DNA of 59,786 nt, filler included. It is 5 parts of 5 records of this genome, joined end to end, with 100 filler letters (N's around TTAATTAATTAA, not from the genome) between each part and the next. Parts side by side here need not be neighbours in the genome. Positions count along the whole stretch, not along the records: positions 1 to 25,459 come from SRR31156797_3792; 4 more parts are not named here. One strand, given 5' to 3'. Shown piece after piece: positions 10,308 to 20,531 of this stretch. The first letter of the stretch is position 1; each line of letters opens with the position of its first letter. The position numbers and the translations under genes were made by a program. Below the pieces are notes generated by a model, which did not search any database, was not told where the DNA came from, and worked only from the letters and a program-made list of their open reading frames with translations.

Positions 10308-11636
10308 ATGATAAGGCAAAAATTACAAGATTTATTGGCCTGGAAAAACTCTGCTAACCGTAAACCGATGATTATCAGGGGGGCAAGACAGGTTGGTAAA
10401 ACATGGCTCATGAAAGAGTTTGGGAAAGTAAACTATGCCCAAATCGTTTATGTTAACTTTGAAAAAAATAGTCGGCTTAAAGCGATATTTGATGATGATT
10501 TTGATATTCCCCGAATAATCCTGGCATTACAAATAGAGACCGCCTTGAAAATTGATAAAAGCAATACCCTGATTATTCTAGACGAAATCCAGGAAGTTCC
10601 GAAGGCAATCACAGCGCTCAAATACTTTTGTGAGGATGCACCGCAATATCACATAATCGCAGCCGGATCTTTACTGGGATTGGCTTTGCATTCAAATATC
10701 TCTTTTCCTGTGGGTAAAGTAGAGTTGCTGGATTTATATCCATTAAATTTCATTGAATTTCTTGGGGCTTTAAATGAGGATGCGCTAATTGATTTATTAA
10801 ATTCTTCTGACTGGAAATTAGTTACAGCCTATAAGTCTAAATATATCGATTTACTAAAGCAATATTATTTTGTTGGTGGCATGCCGGAGGTGGTATCGGA
10901 GTATGTTGAGAACAAGGATTTTTTACATGTTCGTAAAATTCAAAAACAAATATTAAATGCCTACGACCAGGATTTTTCCAAGCATGCTCCTTTTGCAATT
11001 GTTCCCCGAATCCGAATGATATGGAATTCAATCCCATCACAACTGGCAAAAGAAAACAGAAAATTCATTTATGGTTTGATAAAAGAGGGTTCAAGGGCTA
11101 AGGATTATGAATTGGCGCTTAACTGGCTCACCGACTGTGGTCAGGTGAAGCAGATAAAACGCATATCAAAGCCGGGTATGCCGCTCAAAGCTTATGAAGA
11201 TCAAAGTGCTTTTAAATTATTTGTAGTTGATGTGGGGTTATTGGTAGCTATGGGCGATATAGATTCTAAAACTATCCTGGAAGGAAATAAAATTTTTAGT
11301 GAGTTTAAAGGGGCAATAACTGAGCAGTATGCGCTTCAACAATTAATAAGTTTTGATAAGTTCGTAATAAATTACTGGACATCTGACCGGTCAACAGCCG
11401 AAGTGGATTTTGTTTTGCAATATAAAGGAAATAGTTTTCCGCTCGAAGTAAAAGCAAAAGAAAACCTTCAAGCTAAAAGTCTAAAAGTTTATCACGAAAA
11501 GTTCCATCCTAAAATTAGTATTCGTACATCAATGGCTGATTATCGGGAGCAGGAATGGATGGCAAGTTTACCGCTCTATGCTTTAAGCCTGATACATGAA
11601 TTGATGGATAAGTTTTTGGACTTTAATAAAAAATAG
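10308..11636 (+). CDS. AAA_14 / DUF4143 ATP-binding protein
   Basis: Walker A GARQVGKT, Walker B ILDEIQ, AAGSLL, GGMPE, C-terminal YW..AEVDFV..PLEVK. Confidence 0.9.
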   Translation: MIRQKLQDLLAWKNSANRKPMIIRGARQVGKTWLMKEFGKVNYAQIVYVNFEKNSRLKAIFDDDFDIPRIILALQIETALKIDKSNTLIILDEIQEVPKAITALKYFCEDAPQYHIIAAGSLLGLALHSNISFPVGKVELLDLYPLNFIEFLGALNEDALIDLLNSSDWKLVTAYKSKYIDLLKQYYFVGGMPEVVSEYVENKDFLHVRKIQKQILNAYDQDFSKHAPFAIVPRIRMIWNSIPSQLAKENRKFIYGLIKEGSRAKDYELALNWLTDCGQVKQIKRISKPGMPLKAYEDQSAFKLFVVDVGLLVAMGDIDSKTILEGNKIFSEFKGAITEQYALQQLISFDKFVINYWTSDRSTAEVDFVLQYKGNSFPLEVKAKENLQAKSLKVYHEKFHPKISIRTSMADYREQEWMASLPLYALSLIHELMDKFLDFNKK

Positions 11637-11779
11637 CCTTATCCTATGAAAGATTTTGATTAAAGAAAAACGATAGTCATATTGTCTAATAAAATACTGA
11701 ATATATTAAACATTTCTATATTAAGCCTGTTTTAATTCAATAATGCTTATTTTCAAAAAGCTATTTTTGCACGAAATTT

Positions 11780-13132
11780 ATGCATGTAATGAGCCAGAAC
11801 AAAATTATACCGGGTTTCTCAAAAATGAATAAGCATGCCAAGCTGGAACTGGTAGCCAGCAGGTTTGGCAATGCTGAGGAGGTGATTGAATCACTCAAAA
11901 GTTTTTGGCACGAAGATCCGGCTAAGCAAAAATTATTCGACGAATTCAGCGAAAACACCATATCCAACTTTTATTTCCCATACGGCGTTGCACCTAATTT
12001 TAACATCAACGGTAAAATGTACCTCGTCCCGATGGTCATCGAAGAAAGCTCTGTGGTTGCGGCTGCTTCCAACGGGGCGAAATTCTGGGCCGCGAAAAGC
12101 GGTTTTATCAGCGAGGTTGTGTCAACCACCAAGGTTGGCCAGGTGCATTTCATATGGAAAGGTGAAGTGGAAAAATTGCAGGCTCTGTTCCCCGGTTTGA
12201 AAGAAGAATTGCTAACGGGAACACGTCATCTCACCGAAAACATGGATCAGCGTGGAGGGGGAATTATAGATATTGAGCTGGTTGACATGACCAACGAAAT
12301 CGAAAACTATTTTCAGCTGAAAGCAACTTTCGAAACGGTGGATGCCATGGGTGCGAATTTCATCAATTCATGCCTGGAGGATTTTGCGGAAATACTCAAA
12401 AATCATTTCGCCGAAAATGAACATTATGAAGGTGAGGAACAAAACTGCCGGGTCATCATGGCGATACTTTCTAACTACACACCGGAATGCCTGGTAAAAA
12501 CGCATGTGGAATGTTCAGTTGAATGCCTGAGAAAGGATGGTGAAATTGACGATCCGGAGGATTTTGCATGGAAATTCGAAAAAGCCGTGCAGATTGCCCG
12601 TGTTGACCCACACCGTGCTGCAACACACAACAAGGGCATTTTTAATGGGATTGACGCTGTGGCCCTCGCTACCGGTAACGACTTTCGCGCCATTGAGGCA
12701 GGTGGGCATGCCTACGCAGCCCGAGATGGCAAATACCGTTCACTTACCGATGTTGATATTTTAAACGGAAAATTTAAATACAGCCTCACCGTACCCTTGT
12801 CTTTAGGCACTGTGGGTGGTCTTACAGCATTACACCCGCTGGCCAGTTTTTCATTAAAGCTTTTGGAAAATCCAACGGCAAGGGAGTTGATGATGATTGC
12901 TGCTTCTGTAGGTTTGGCAAACAATTTCGGGGCCCTGAAATCATTGGTAACCAAAGGTATTCAAGTGGGGCACATGAAAATGCACTTACTGAATATCCTC
13001 AATTCGTTTGACGTAAACGAACGCGAAAAAAAGCTGGCGGTAGCACATTTTACCAACCGAAAGGTGTCGTACACATCCGTGAAGAAGTATATTGATAGTG
13101 TTAGGAAAGAAGTTGGTGTAGAAAAAGTCTGA
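11780..13132 (+). CDS. mvaA: class II hydroxymethylglutaryl-CoA reductase
   Basis: ENTIS, EESSVVAAAS, DAMGAN, RAATHNKGIFNG, GIQVGHMKMH; start may be ATG 11789. Confidence 0.92.
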   Translation: MHVMSQNKIIPGFSKMNKHAKLELVASRFGNAEEVIESLKSFWHEDPAKQKLFDEFSENTISNFYFPYGVAPNFNINGKMYLVPMVIEESSVVAAASNGAKFWAAKSGFISEVVSTTKVGQVHFIWKGEVEKLQALFPGLKEELLTGTRHLTENMDQRGGGIIDIELVDMTNEIENYFQLKATFETVDAMGANFINSCLEDFAEILKNHFAENEHYEGEEQNCRVIMAILSNYTPECLVKTHVECSVECLRKDGEIDDPEDFAWKFEKAVQIARVDPHRAATHNKGIFNGIDAVALATGNDFRAIEAGGHAYAARDGKYRSLTDVDILNGKFKYSLTVPLSLGTVGGLTALHPLASFSLKLLENPTARELMMIAASVGLANNFGALKSLVTKGIQVGHMKMHLLNILNSFDVNEREKKLAVAHFTNRKVSYTSVKKYIDSVRKEVGVEKV

Positions 13133-13135
13133 CCT

Positions 13136-14074
13136 TTGAATAAGCTCCGATTTTATTCCAACGGAAAATTATTGATCAGTGGAGAGTACCTGGTACTGAA
13201 AGGTGCTGTTTCTCTGGCTATGCCTGTGCGTTTCGGCCAGGATATGAAGGTTGAAGAGCTTCCCGGTGAAAACTTCTTGCTTAGGTGGCAGGCCAGGGTT
13301 ATGGGTGAAGATTGGTTTGATGCGGTTTATGATATTTCAAGTATCGAAATTATCGAAACCAATGATATCCAAAAAGCAAAATTCCTGCAAAAAACGCTTA
13401 TGCAAGCCGCGAGCTTAAATCCAAATATGTTTATAAACAACCATGGATTTGAAGTGAAAACCAACGCTAATTTTGATATAAATTGGGGGCTTGGCAGCAG
13501 TTCTACCCTGATCGCCAATGTGGCCAAATGGTTTCAGGTAGATCCGTTTCAGTTACATTTTGGCGTGTCAAACGGATCTGGTTACGACATTGCCTGTGCA
13601 GATGCAAAAGGCCCTGTTTTTTACAGATTAAAAGGGGAATCGCATATTGTAGAGCCGGCTCATTTCAATCCTGATTTTAGGGATCATCTATATTTTGTCT
13701 ACCTGGGTCATAAGCAGCGTTCTGATTTCAGTATCGACAAGCTGAAGCACCGGCTTGAGGGCAGGCATGTAGAAATTGAGCGGGTATCCGAAATATCGAA
13801 AGAGTTAACAGCCACACAAGATCTGGAGGAATTTGAGTTTTTCATCCGGGAACTTGAAGATATCATGTCTGGAGTCCTGGGAGTTCCAACGATTAAAGAA
13901 ACCAGGTTTTCTGATTTTAACGGTACCATAAAATCCCTGGGTGCATGGGGCGGTGATTTCGTGATGATGACCTGGCAGGATGGAATGGAAAACCTTAAAT
14001 CGTACCTTGGGTCCAAAGGTTTGGATATTGTTTTTACTTTTGACGACATGAAATTTCCAGGCTCAACAAAATAG
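13136..14074 (+). CDS. GYDIA family GHMP kinase (putative phosphomevalonate kinase)
   Basis: GKLLISGEY, WGLGSSS, GSGYDIACA, KSLGAWGGDF; TTG start. Confidence 0.88.
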   Translation: MNKLRFYSNGKLLISGEYLVLKGAVSLAMPVRFGQDMKVEELPGENFLLRWQARVMGEDWFDAVYDISSIEIIETNDIQKAKFLQKTLMQAASLNPNMFINNHGFEVKTNANFDINWGLGSSSTLIANVAKWFQVDPFQLHFGVSNGSGYDIACADAKGPVFYRLKGESHIVEPAHFNPDFRDHLYFVYLGHKQRSDFSIDKLKHRLEGRHVEIERVSEISKELTATQDLEEFEFFIRELEDIMSGVLGVPTIKETRFSDFNGTIKSLGAWGGDFVMMTWQDGMENLKSYLGSKGLDIVFTFDDMKFPGSTK

Positions 14075-14087
14075 GGTGAATACCAGC

Positions 14088-15170
14088 ATGAACAAGTCAA
14101 ACGAATCAGAACCCGATAAAGCGTTACAGCTTGGTGAGGTGTGTTGGCAAAGCCCTAGCAATATCGCCCTCATCAAATACTGGGGGAAGAAAGGTTTTCA
14201 AATTCCGGCCAATCCGTCCCTGAGTGTCACACTTTCAAAATCCATTTCTGAGACCACGGTTAAATATCAGTCTGCAATTCATCCCGGAAAACCGCAAATC
14301 GATTTTTATTTCGACGGGAAAGAAAACCAGGCTTTTGCAGAAAAAATAAAAACCTATTTCCAAAATATCCAGGGTGAACTTCCATTCATTTCAGATCTGG
14401 ATTTTGAGATTCATTCTAAAAACACATTTCCCCATTCAGCAGGCATTGCATCCTCGGCTTCGGCCATGAGTGCCCTGGCTTTGTGTTTGTGTTCCATCGA
14501 GCAAAAGCTTTGTGGAATTGAGGTTCATAGCGATATGGGGTTTTTATCAAGGGCTTCCCACTTTGCACGGATTGGATCGGGGAGCGCTGCAAGAAGTGTT
14601 TTCGGCAACATGGCAAGTTGGGGTGAGTCAGCCTTTATTCCTGAATCCTCTGATGAAATGGCTTCTGCCTACAAGTTACCTGTACATAAAATCTTTCATA
14701 ATTTTCAGGATTCCATTTTACTGGTGAGCAAAGGTGAAAAAAAAGTCTCCAGTAGGGCAGGCCATGGGATGATGGCCAATAACCCATTTGCAAAGGCCAG
14801 ATTTTTGCAGGCTTCAGAAAATCTGGGAAAGATCGTCAAATCGATTGAGGCCGGAGATATTGATCAGTTTATCCGGATTGTGGAAAGTGAAGCCCTGACA
14901 TTGCATGGCATGATGATGGCTTCAACGCCCGGATATATGCTGATAGAGCCCGGTACAGTGGAAATCATAAAAAAAATTCAGGCTTTTCGGGAACAATCCG
15001 GAGCCAAGCTTTGTTTTACCCTCGACGCAGGGCCAAATGTTCATGTGTTGTACCCTGAAAATGAAAAAGGTAGGGTGCTGGAATTTGTTAATAATGACCT
15101 TCGGCAACACTGTTCGAATGGTCAGTGGATTGAAGATAAAATGGGTAATGGCCCAAAAAGGTTGATTTAA
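14088..15170 (+). CDS. mvaD: diphosphomevalonate decarboxylase
   Basis: SPSNIALIKYWGK, AGIASSAS, GSGSA, FTLDAGPNVH. Confidence 0.92.
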   Translation: MNKSNESEPDKALQLGEVCWQSPSNIALIKYWGKKGFQIPANPSLSVTLSKSISETTVKYQSAIHPGKPQIDFYFDGKENQAFAEKIKTYFQNIQGELPFISDLDFEIHSKNTFPHSAGIASSASAMSALALCLCSIEQKLCGIEVHSDMGFLSRASHFARIGSGSAARSVFGNMASWGESAFIPESSDEMASAYKLPVHKIFHNFQDSILLVSKGEKKVSSRAGHGMMANNPFAKARFLQASENLGKIVKSIEAGDIDQFIRIVESEALTLHGMMMASTPGYMLIEPGTVEIIKKIQAFREQSGAKLCFTLDAGPNVHVLYPENEKGRVLEFVNNDLRQHCSNGQWIEDKMGNGPKRLI

Positions 15171-15171
15171 G

Positions 15172-16134
15172 ATGACTGATAAAGATGGAATTTTTTATGC
15201 TAAGATCCTGCTGTTTGGTGAATACAGCATCATGTGCGACTCAATGGCGCTCACGGTGCCCTATACCCATTTCAGGGGTGAGCTAAGTTTTATCAATGAG
15301 GATAAGTACACCGATCTGAAGTTTGCGGAGGAGTCCAATAAATCACTCCTGCAATTCTATAACTACCTGCATGGATTGCAGTCAAAAGGAGCAATGTTTT
15401 GCGATCTGGATATTGATCAATTGAAATTGGATATTCAAAACGGGCTGTATTTTGAATCGTCTATTCCTCAGGGTTTTGGTGTTGGTAGTTCCGGAGCTTT
15501 GGTTGCTGCAGTGTATGAGCGTTATGCAAAAACCCGGATAAAACAGAATAAAAGCCTAACCGGGGAATCGTTGACTCAATTGAAAAAGACATTCGCTCAG
15601 ATGGAATCTTTTTTCCATGGAGTGAGTTCCGGAATGGACCCGCTGAACTCTTACATGCGTAATCCGCTATTGATAAAACCTGATCATCATATTGAACCTG
15701 TTGGAATACCCAGGGAATTCTCCAATGAAGGTGGAATATTCCTGATCAATACCGGCAACCCCGGAAAGACCGGCCCGTTGGTAAGCCTCTTTTTTGATCA
15801 GTGTAAGCAGGAAAGTTTTAAAAAACTGATTGTCGAAGAAATGATCCCGTTTACCAATCAAAGCATCAATGCAATTTTACGCGGAGAGTTTAAGGAATTC
15901 TTTAAAAACCTTAAGTCGCTCTCCAAATTCCTGTTGTCACACCTCAAGCCCATGATCCCAAAACCCTTTATTGATATCTGGAAACTGGGCATCGATACCG
16001 GGACCTACTATCTGAAACTCTGTGGATCAGGCGGGGGTGGATTCTTACTGGGATTTGCCGAAGATCTTGATAAAGCCCAGGTACTGCTCGCAGAGCGCAA
16101 TGTGGAGATTATTCCGGTTTCCAAGTTTCACTAA
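15172..16134 (+). CDS. mvk: mevalonate kinase
   Basis: AKILLFGEY, IPQGFGVGSSGA, SSGMDP, KLCGSGGGG; last gene of mevalonate cluster. Confidence 0.85.
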   Translation: MTDKDGIFYAKILLFGEYSIMCDSMALTVPYTHFRGELSFINEDKYTDLKFAEESNKSLLQFYNYLHGLQSKGAMFCDLDIDQLKLDIQNGLYFESSIPQGFGVGSSGALVAAVYERYAKTRIKQNKSLTGESLTQLKKTFAQMESFFHGVSSGMDPLNSYMRNPLLIKPDHHIEPVGIPREFSNEGGIFLINTGNPGKTGPLVSLFFDQCKQESFKKLIVEEMIPFTNQSINAILRGEFKEFFKNLKSLSKFLLSHLKPMIPKPFIDIWKLGIDTGTYYLKLCGSGGGGFLLGFAEDLDKAQVLLAERNVEIIPVSKFH

Positions 16135-17174
16135 AATTTCAACCCAAAACTTCCAAAAATCATCGGGAGGTCATCCAGTGAAAAATACCGGTAGTTTGCC
16201 GACATGGTAAACTTTTCAACAGGTTCATATTCAACGCCGGTAATCAGGTAATCTGAGGTGGTTTCATCATTTGGAGATTCAATTTCGAGATAATCCCACC
16301 GGGCAAGAAACCGGGTTTTTTCGATTAACCTGAATGATAGCATAAGCGAAATGGCATTTACATTTTTATCCATTTCAAAAGCATAATTGTTTACCCGTGC
16401 ATATTCTGCACCAATGCGGTAGTTGAATTTTTTAATTCCTCCGAAAAATGAGATCACTGATTTATCTGCGGATGTAGCTGATAACAAAGGATCAGGAGCA
16501 TAATCAGCATAAAGTTTAAATGACAATCCTTCCTCGGGATAAAACTGGATGTTATTTGAAAATAGAAACTTGCCCTCATTATCCTGGTGCCTGAACGGTC
16601 CCTCACCATTCACCACCGAAACCTGGTAAAGCAGGTTTTTACCGATTTTAAAATCAACCTGTGCGCCAAAGTCAGCAGGCATACCCAGCCTGAATTTCTC
16701 CTGCATGGTTACATCCACATACCTGAACCCCCAAAACTGATCCTGGAAAGTGAGGTACTGCGTATTTAAAAGCTGGCCAAAACGAAAGATTAAAAACGAA
16801 TTAACTTCCCATTTGATTTGGGCCATTTTTAAATAAGCCGTGTATTTACTGCCTTCAAAATAATCATAATTGAGCGGGTTTCCTGAAGAGTCGGTAATGG
16901 AATAGAAATGTGTGGTGCGGGTAACATCCAACATGATCTTGCCACTCACCTTATTGGCTATTTCATGGTAGTAACCAATAATACCCTGATTGAAACGGAA
17001 GGCGGAAACTGGCTCGACATCTTTAGTAAAATTGTGCCTGAATTCAGCATAAATCTGTCCAAAAACATAGCGCCCATCGGGTTTAACCGGCATGATAGAT
17101 GAACTTTGGGCCCTTGATAGCTGTATTGAAAAGCAAAACAGAATGAAGCAGATTGCCGGTATTCTCATGTTCAC
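16131..17174 (-). CDS. outer membrane beta-barrel (porin-like) protein
   Basis: Signal peptide, alternating amphipathic strands, VVNGEG, terminal FGLKF. Confidence 0.7.
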   Translation of the reverse strand: MNMRIPAICFILFCFSIQLSRAQSSSIMPVKPDGRYVFGQIYAEFRHNFTKDVEPVSAFRFNQGIIGYYHEIANKVSGKIMLDVTRTTHFYSITDSSGNPLNYDYFEGSKYTAYLKMAQIKWEVNSFLIFRFGQLLNTQYLTFQDQFWGFRYVDVTMQEKFRLGMPADFGAQVDFKIGKNLLYQVSVVNGEGPFRHQDNEGKFLFSNNIQFYPEEGLSFKLYADYAPDPLLSATSADKSVISFFGGIKKFNYRIGAEYARVNNYAFEMDKNVNAISLMLSFRLIEKTRFLARWDYLEIESPNDETTSDYLITGVEYEPVEKFTMSANYRYFSLDDLPMIFGSFGLKF

Positions 17175-17214
17175 TTTTTTGGTTATTTACAAAAGTAGGA
17201 AAATAGCCGTTGGG

Positions 17215-17640
17215 CTAATTGGTATGTTTTGGATAACTTTTATTGTAAAAGAAGTGAAGCACCCAAAAAACACCAAATGCAAACATACCTCCCAGCACAG
17301 TTCCATAAATATCCAGCCAATCAAAAGTGCCTTTGGGCAGATATGGCTGCAAAATCTCATAAACAATATAACCACATACGAAAAATAATATCAACCTGAC
17401 TCCTCTTTTGTAAAGCGGATTAAAGATCATCATTCCAAAAAATATCTGCACTACAATGCCTCCCAGGTTGCCCATCGAATCGGCTATTCCAAAATCATTG
17501 ATGTTGTTTTCGTAGATAAATGGCCTGTAAATATATCTGCCTGCTTCAGTAAGAAAAAATGAAGCTATAAAAATGAAAAGATAGATGAACCGGAGTTTAT
17601 CAAAAGTTTTAAAACGATCTTTATCAAAGAAGAAATTCAT
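17215..17640 (-). CDS. small integral membrane protein (VanZ-like C-terminus)
   Basis: About 4 TM helices; YEILQ...GTFDWLDI. Confidence 0.65.
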   Translation of the reverse strand: MNFFFDKDRFKTFDKLRFIYLFIFIASFFLTEAGRYIYRPFIYENNINDFGIADSMGNLGGIVVQIFFGMMIFNPLYKRGVRLILFFVCGYIVYEILQPYLPKGTFDWLDIYGTVLGGMFAFGVFWVLHFFYNKSYPKHTN

Positions 17641-17642
17641 GG

Positions 17643-18239
17643 TTATTGTCTTTCTATTACTTTAAATTCTACAAGTGCATTTACAATATCAAAAATTTCG
17701 GGCATGGCATCTTCATCAATACCCGATCTCTTTGCGATCTCTTCGATGGTTTCGAAGTTTGCAGTTGGGAAGGGCAGGTAGTATAAGAATTTTCCCTGCG
17801 GAACGGTGAGGTTTATTTTACGTTCGGCACGTTCACGTCCTTTGCCAAACCACACGGCTACACTGCTAAAATATTCCTTTCCACGTGCTGTTGTGAACCT
17901 TACGCCTGCATTCTTCTTTTCGCGAATGCGCTGCAGGCTTTCATTCTCCTGGTTGTTAATAGTTGCCAGAGAGGTTAAATCCAGTTCCATTTTTATCTGG
18001 TCAACTTTAAGTGTGTACCGGTTGTATGGACGTTTCTTTTCGTAAACTTCTTCTTTTTCCAGAATGTTGAGTGCGGCCATGGATTCCAGGAAATCCTGTA
18101 CAGTTTTGATGTGCAGGTTAAGCCTTGAGGCTGCTTCTGAAGCTGAGATGCTCCTGTAATTTACCAACAGTCTGAACAACTCCTCCGCATAATCTTTCGA
18201 GAGGTACAATCCTAATTTAGCTGCATCTTTAAAATTCAT
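17643..18239 (-). CDS. winged helix-turn-helix transcriptional regulator
   Basis: ASEAASRLNLHIKTVQDFLESM HTH with wing RPYNRYTL. Confidence 0.7.
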   Translation of the reverse strand: MNFKDAAKLGLYLSKDYAEELFRLLVNYRSISASEAASRLNLHIKTVQDFLESMAALNILEKEEVYEKKRPYNRYTLKVDQIKMELDLTSLATINNQENESLQRIREKKNAGVRFTTARGKEYFSSVAVWFGKGRERAERKINLTVPQGKFLYYLPFPTANFETIEEIAKRSGIDEDAMPEIFDIVNALVEFKVIERQ

Positions 18240-18259
18240 GACTATAGGTTTTAAGATGT

Positions 18260-19087
18260 TTATGCGAAAAAGTCAGTTTTAACACTTTTCAGTTTGTCGG
18301 TAATTCTCACACCTTCGCCTTTACGGTAATCTTCAAGAAAGTCGATAAATAGGTTTCCCAGATTATTGCATAACTGATCCAACGCAAGATTTTGCTTATA
18401 CGAAAGATAAGATGCACGGGAAATATGCACACTTACTTGTCCCTCCTCATCAAATGAAGTCCATGTTTTTTCGATGATGTTGAAACTGGGTTGAAAGAGT
18501 AAACTGAGTGCATCCTTATTGTTCATGGGTACCAGGTATATTTTTCCATTATCCTGATAAGGCATACACACCAGATTTTTGGTAAGGTATTTAGCCAAAG
18601 CCAAAATCTCATTTTTGTCGTAATGAATAACTTTCACGGGGAACGGGCGTTCGGTGTAAGCATTTTCAGAAGGTTCAACCCCAATGGCTGCAAGTTCCAA
18701 CAGGTTGTTGCCCTTCCAAACCGTTTGTTTGGTAGTCATTTTGTAAAGCAGCAAAATCCAGAAAATGACCATCCAAACCCCAAAAAACCTTGAGATGGGT
18801 GGGAAAACCATATCCGGCCTGCCATCAAACTCCATTCGCATGGTGATTAATGTCATACCAAAAACCAGCAAATAGGCTGAGCTTAAAAGGTAAATCACGC
18901 TTCTGGTTTTGAGATAATAAAAACCAAAAGTGATTACAGAATAAAGTAGCATGATCAAGCCCAGCACTTTAAAAGCATGTTGCTTGCCAAGAAACATGGC
19001 TGCAAAGGCAAAGATGGCCAGTGAAATGATGGCCGGGATGAAGACGTAAATGGGGCTTCCTGATTTTAATCTCTTTTCGTGATACAT
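18260..19087 (-). CDS. hypothetical membrane protein
   Basis: Four N-terminal TM helices and a soluble C-terminal domain. Confidence 0.7.
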   Translation of the reverse strand: MYHEKRLKSGSPIYVFIPAIISLAIFAFAAMFLGKQHAFKVLGLIMLLYSVITFGFYYLKTRSVIYLLSSAYLLVFGMTLITMRMEFDGRPDMVFPPISRFFGVWMVIFWILLLYKMTTKQTVWKGNNLLELAAIGVEPSENAYTERPFPVKVIHYDKNEILALAKYLTKNLVCMPYQDNGKIYLVPMNNKDALSLLFQPSFNIIEKTWTSFDEEGQVSVHISRASYLSYKQNLALDQLCNNLGNLFIDFLEDYRKGEGVRITDKLKSVKTDFFA

Positions 19088-19415
19088 GGCTTTAAAATTT
19101 AAAAATTAAATACTTCATAAAAAATGAACTATACAAAAATATAACTATTCAATACCGTTTGTCAAGCTTTTTAACAAATATTTTTTTACATAAAGGTGAA
19201 AAGAAGTAGAAGGGGTTCATAAAACAATCTGTAAAACAAGAATTTAAGGGGTTATTATATTGGGCAAATAATTTTTGATGATGCAGCAAATATTTGTATT
19301 TCCGGCAAAACGATTTGCATATTTACGAAGTAGATATCAAAATCTGTATCCATATTTCGGTGGCCGTTAAACTAAGCTGGCAAAATGTTGTTTAGTTTAA
19401 TTAAAATCCACAACA

Positions 19416-20507
19416 ATGCTATTCGACTCCTATGATTTATCCGGAACAATCTTAAAAAACAGGGTTGTGATGGCTCCACTTACACGTCGCAGGGCCTTGG
19501 ATCCTGACCTTGCCCCCAATGATTTGATTGTTGAATATTACCAGCAGCGTGCTTCAGCAGGGTTGATCATTTCGGAAGGAAGCCAGATTTCACCGGAGGG
19601 TTATGGTTATACCGGATCGCCGGGGTGTTATTCTGATGCCCAGATTGAAGGGTGGAAGAAGGTAACGAAAACCGTTCATGACGAAGGTGGTAAAAACTTT
19701 CTGCAGCTTTGGCATGTCGGGCCTTTTTCGCACAGGTTGTTGCAACCGGAAGGTAAACTGCCATTGGCGCCCTCAACGGAAACGCCTCCCGGACAGGTGC
19801 TTACATCTGAAGGTAGGCTGGATTACGAAGCACCTCGCTCCATGACGGTTGAAGAAATCCACAAAACGATACATGATTTTGAAAGAGCGGCAAGGATGGC
19901 CATTATTGCCGGATTTGATGGGGTAGAAATTCATGGGGCTCATGCGTACATTATTGATCAGTTTATCATGGATGGGACCAATAAACGAAAGGATGAGTTC
20001 GGAGGGTCCATCGAAAACCGGTCCCGTTTTTTATTCATGATTATTGATGAAATATTAAAATATGTACCTGCAGACAAGGTGGGCCTGAGGCTTTCACCAA
20101 TGGGCTACCGGCCTGGCTTGTATGATTCTGACCCGGAAAAAACATATGGATATATCATTAACAAACTCAACGATTATAAGCTGGCATATCTCCATCTCAG
20201 CGAAATGATGCAACCTGATGAACGACTTGCTCATCCGGAAAAAAGCTTTGTGCCATATTACCGGAATATTTATAACGGCACGCTGCTTTCCTGTGGCGGG
20301 CATTCACGCGAGAGTGGCGAACAGATGCTTAAAAATGGTGAATCCGATCTGATTGTTTATGGCAGGCCGTTCATCTCAAACCCTGATCTTGTGGAACGCA
20401 TGAAAAATAATTACCCGCTTACAGAGCCGGATAAGGATACGTTTTACTATGGAGGTGAAAAGGGTTATACTGATTATCCTTTTATTTCAGATGTGAAAAA
20501 TAATTGA
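19416..20507 (+). CDS. alkene reductase / old yellow enzyme (NemA-like)
   Basis: NRVVMAPLTR, LQLWHVG, AGFDGVEIHGAHAY, GRPFISNPDL, GYTDYP. Confidence 0.93.
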   Translation: MLFDSYDLSGTILKNRVVMAPLTRRRALDPDLAPNDLIVEYYQQRASAGLIISEGSQISPEGYGYTGSPGCYSDAQIEGWKKVTKTVHDEGGKNFLQLWHVGPFSHRLLQPEGKLPLAPSTETPPGQVLTSEGRLDYEAPRSMTVEEIHKTIHDFERAARMAIIAGFDGVEIHGAHAYIIDQFIMDGTNKRKDEFGGSIENRSRFLFMIIDEILKYVPADKVGLRLSPMGYRPGLYDSDPEKTYGYIINKLNDYKLAYLHLSEMMQPDERLAHPEKSFVPYYRNIYNGTLLSCGGHSRESGEQMLKNGESDLIVYGRPFISNPDLVERMKNNYPLTEPDKDTFYYGGEKGYTDYPFISDVKNN

Positions 20508-20531
20508 TCCAATAACTTAATACTGATTATT

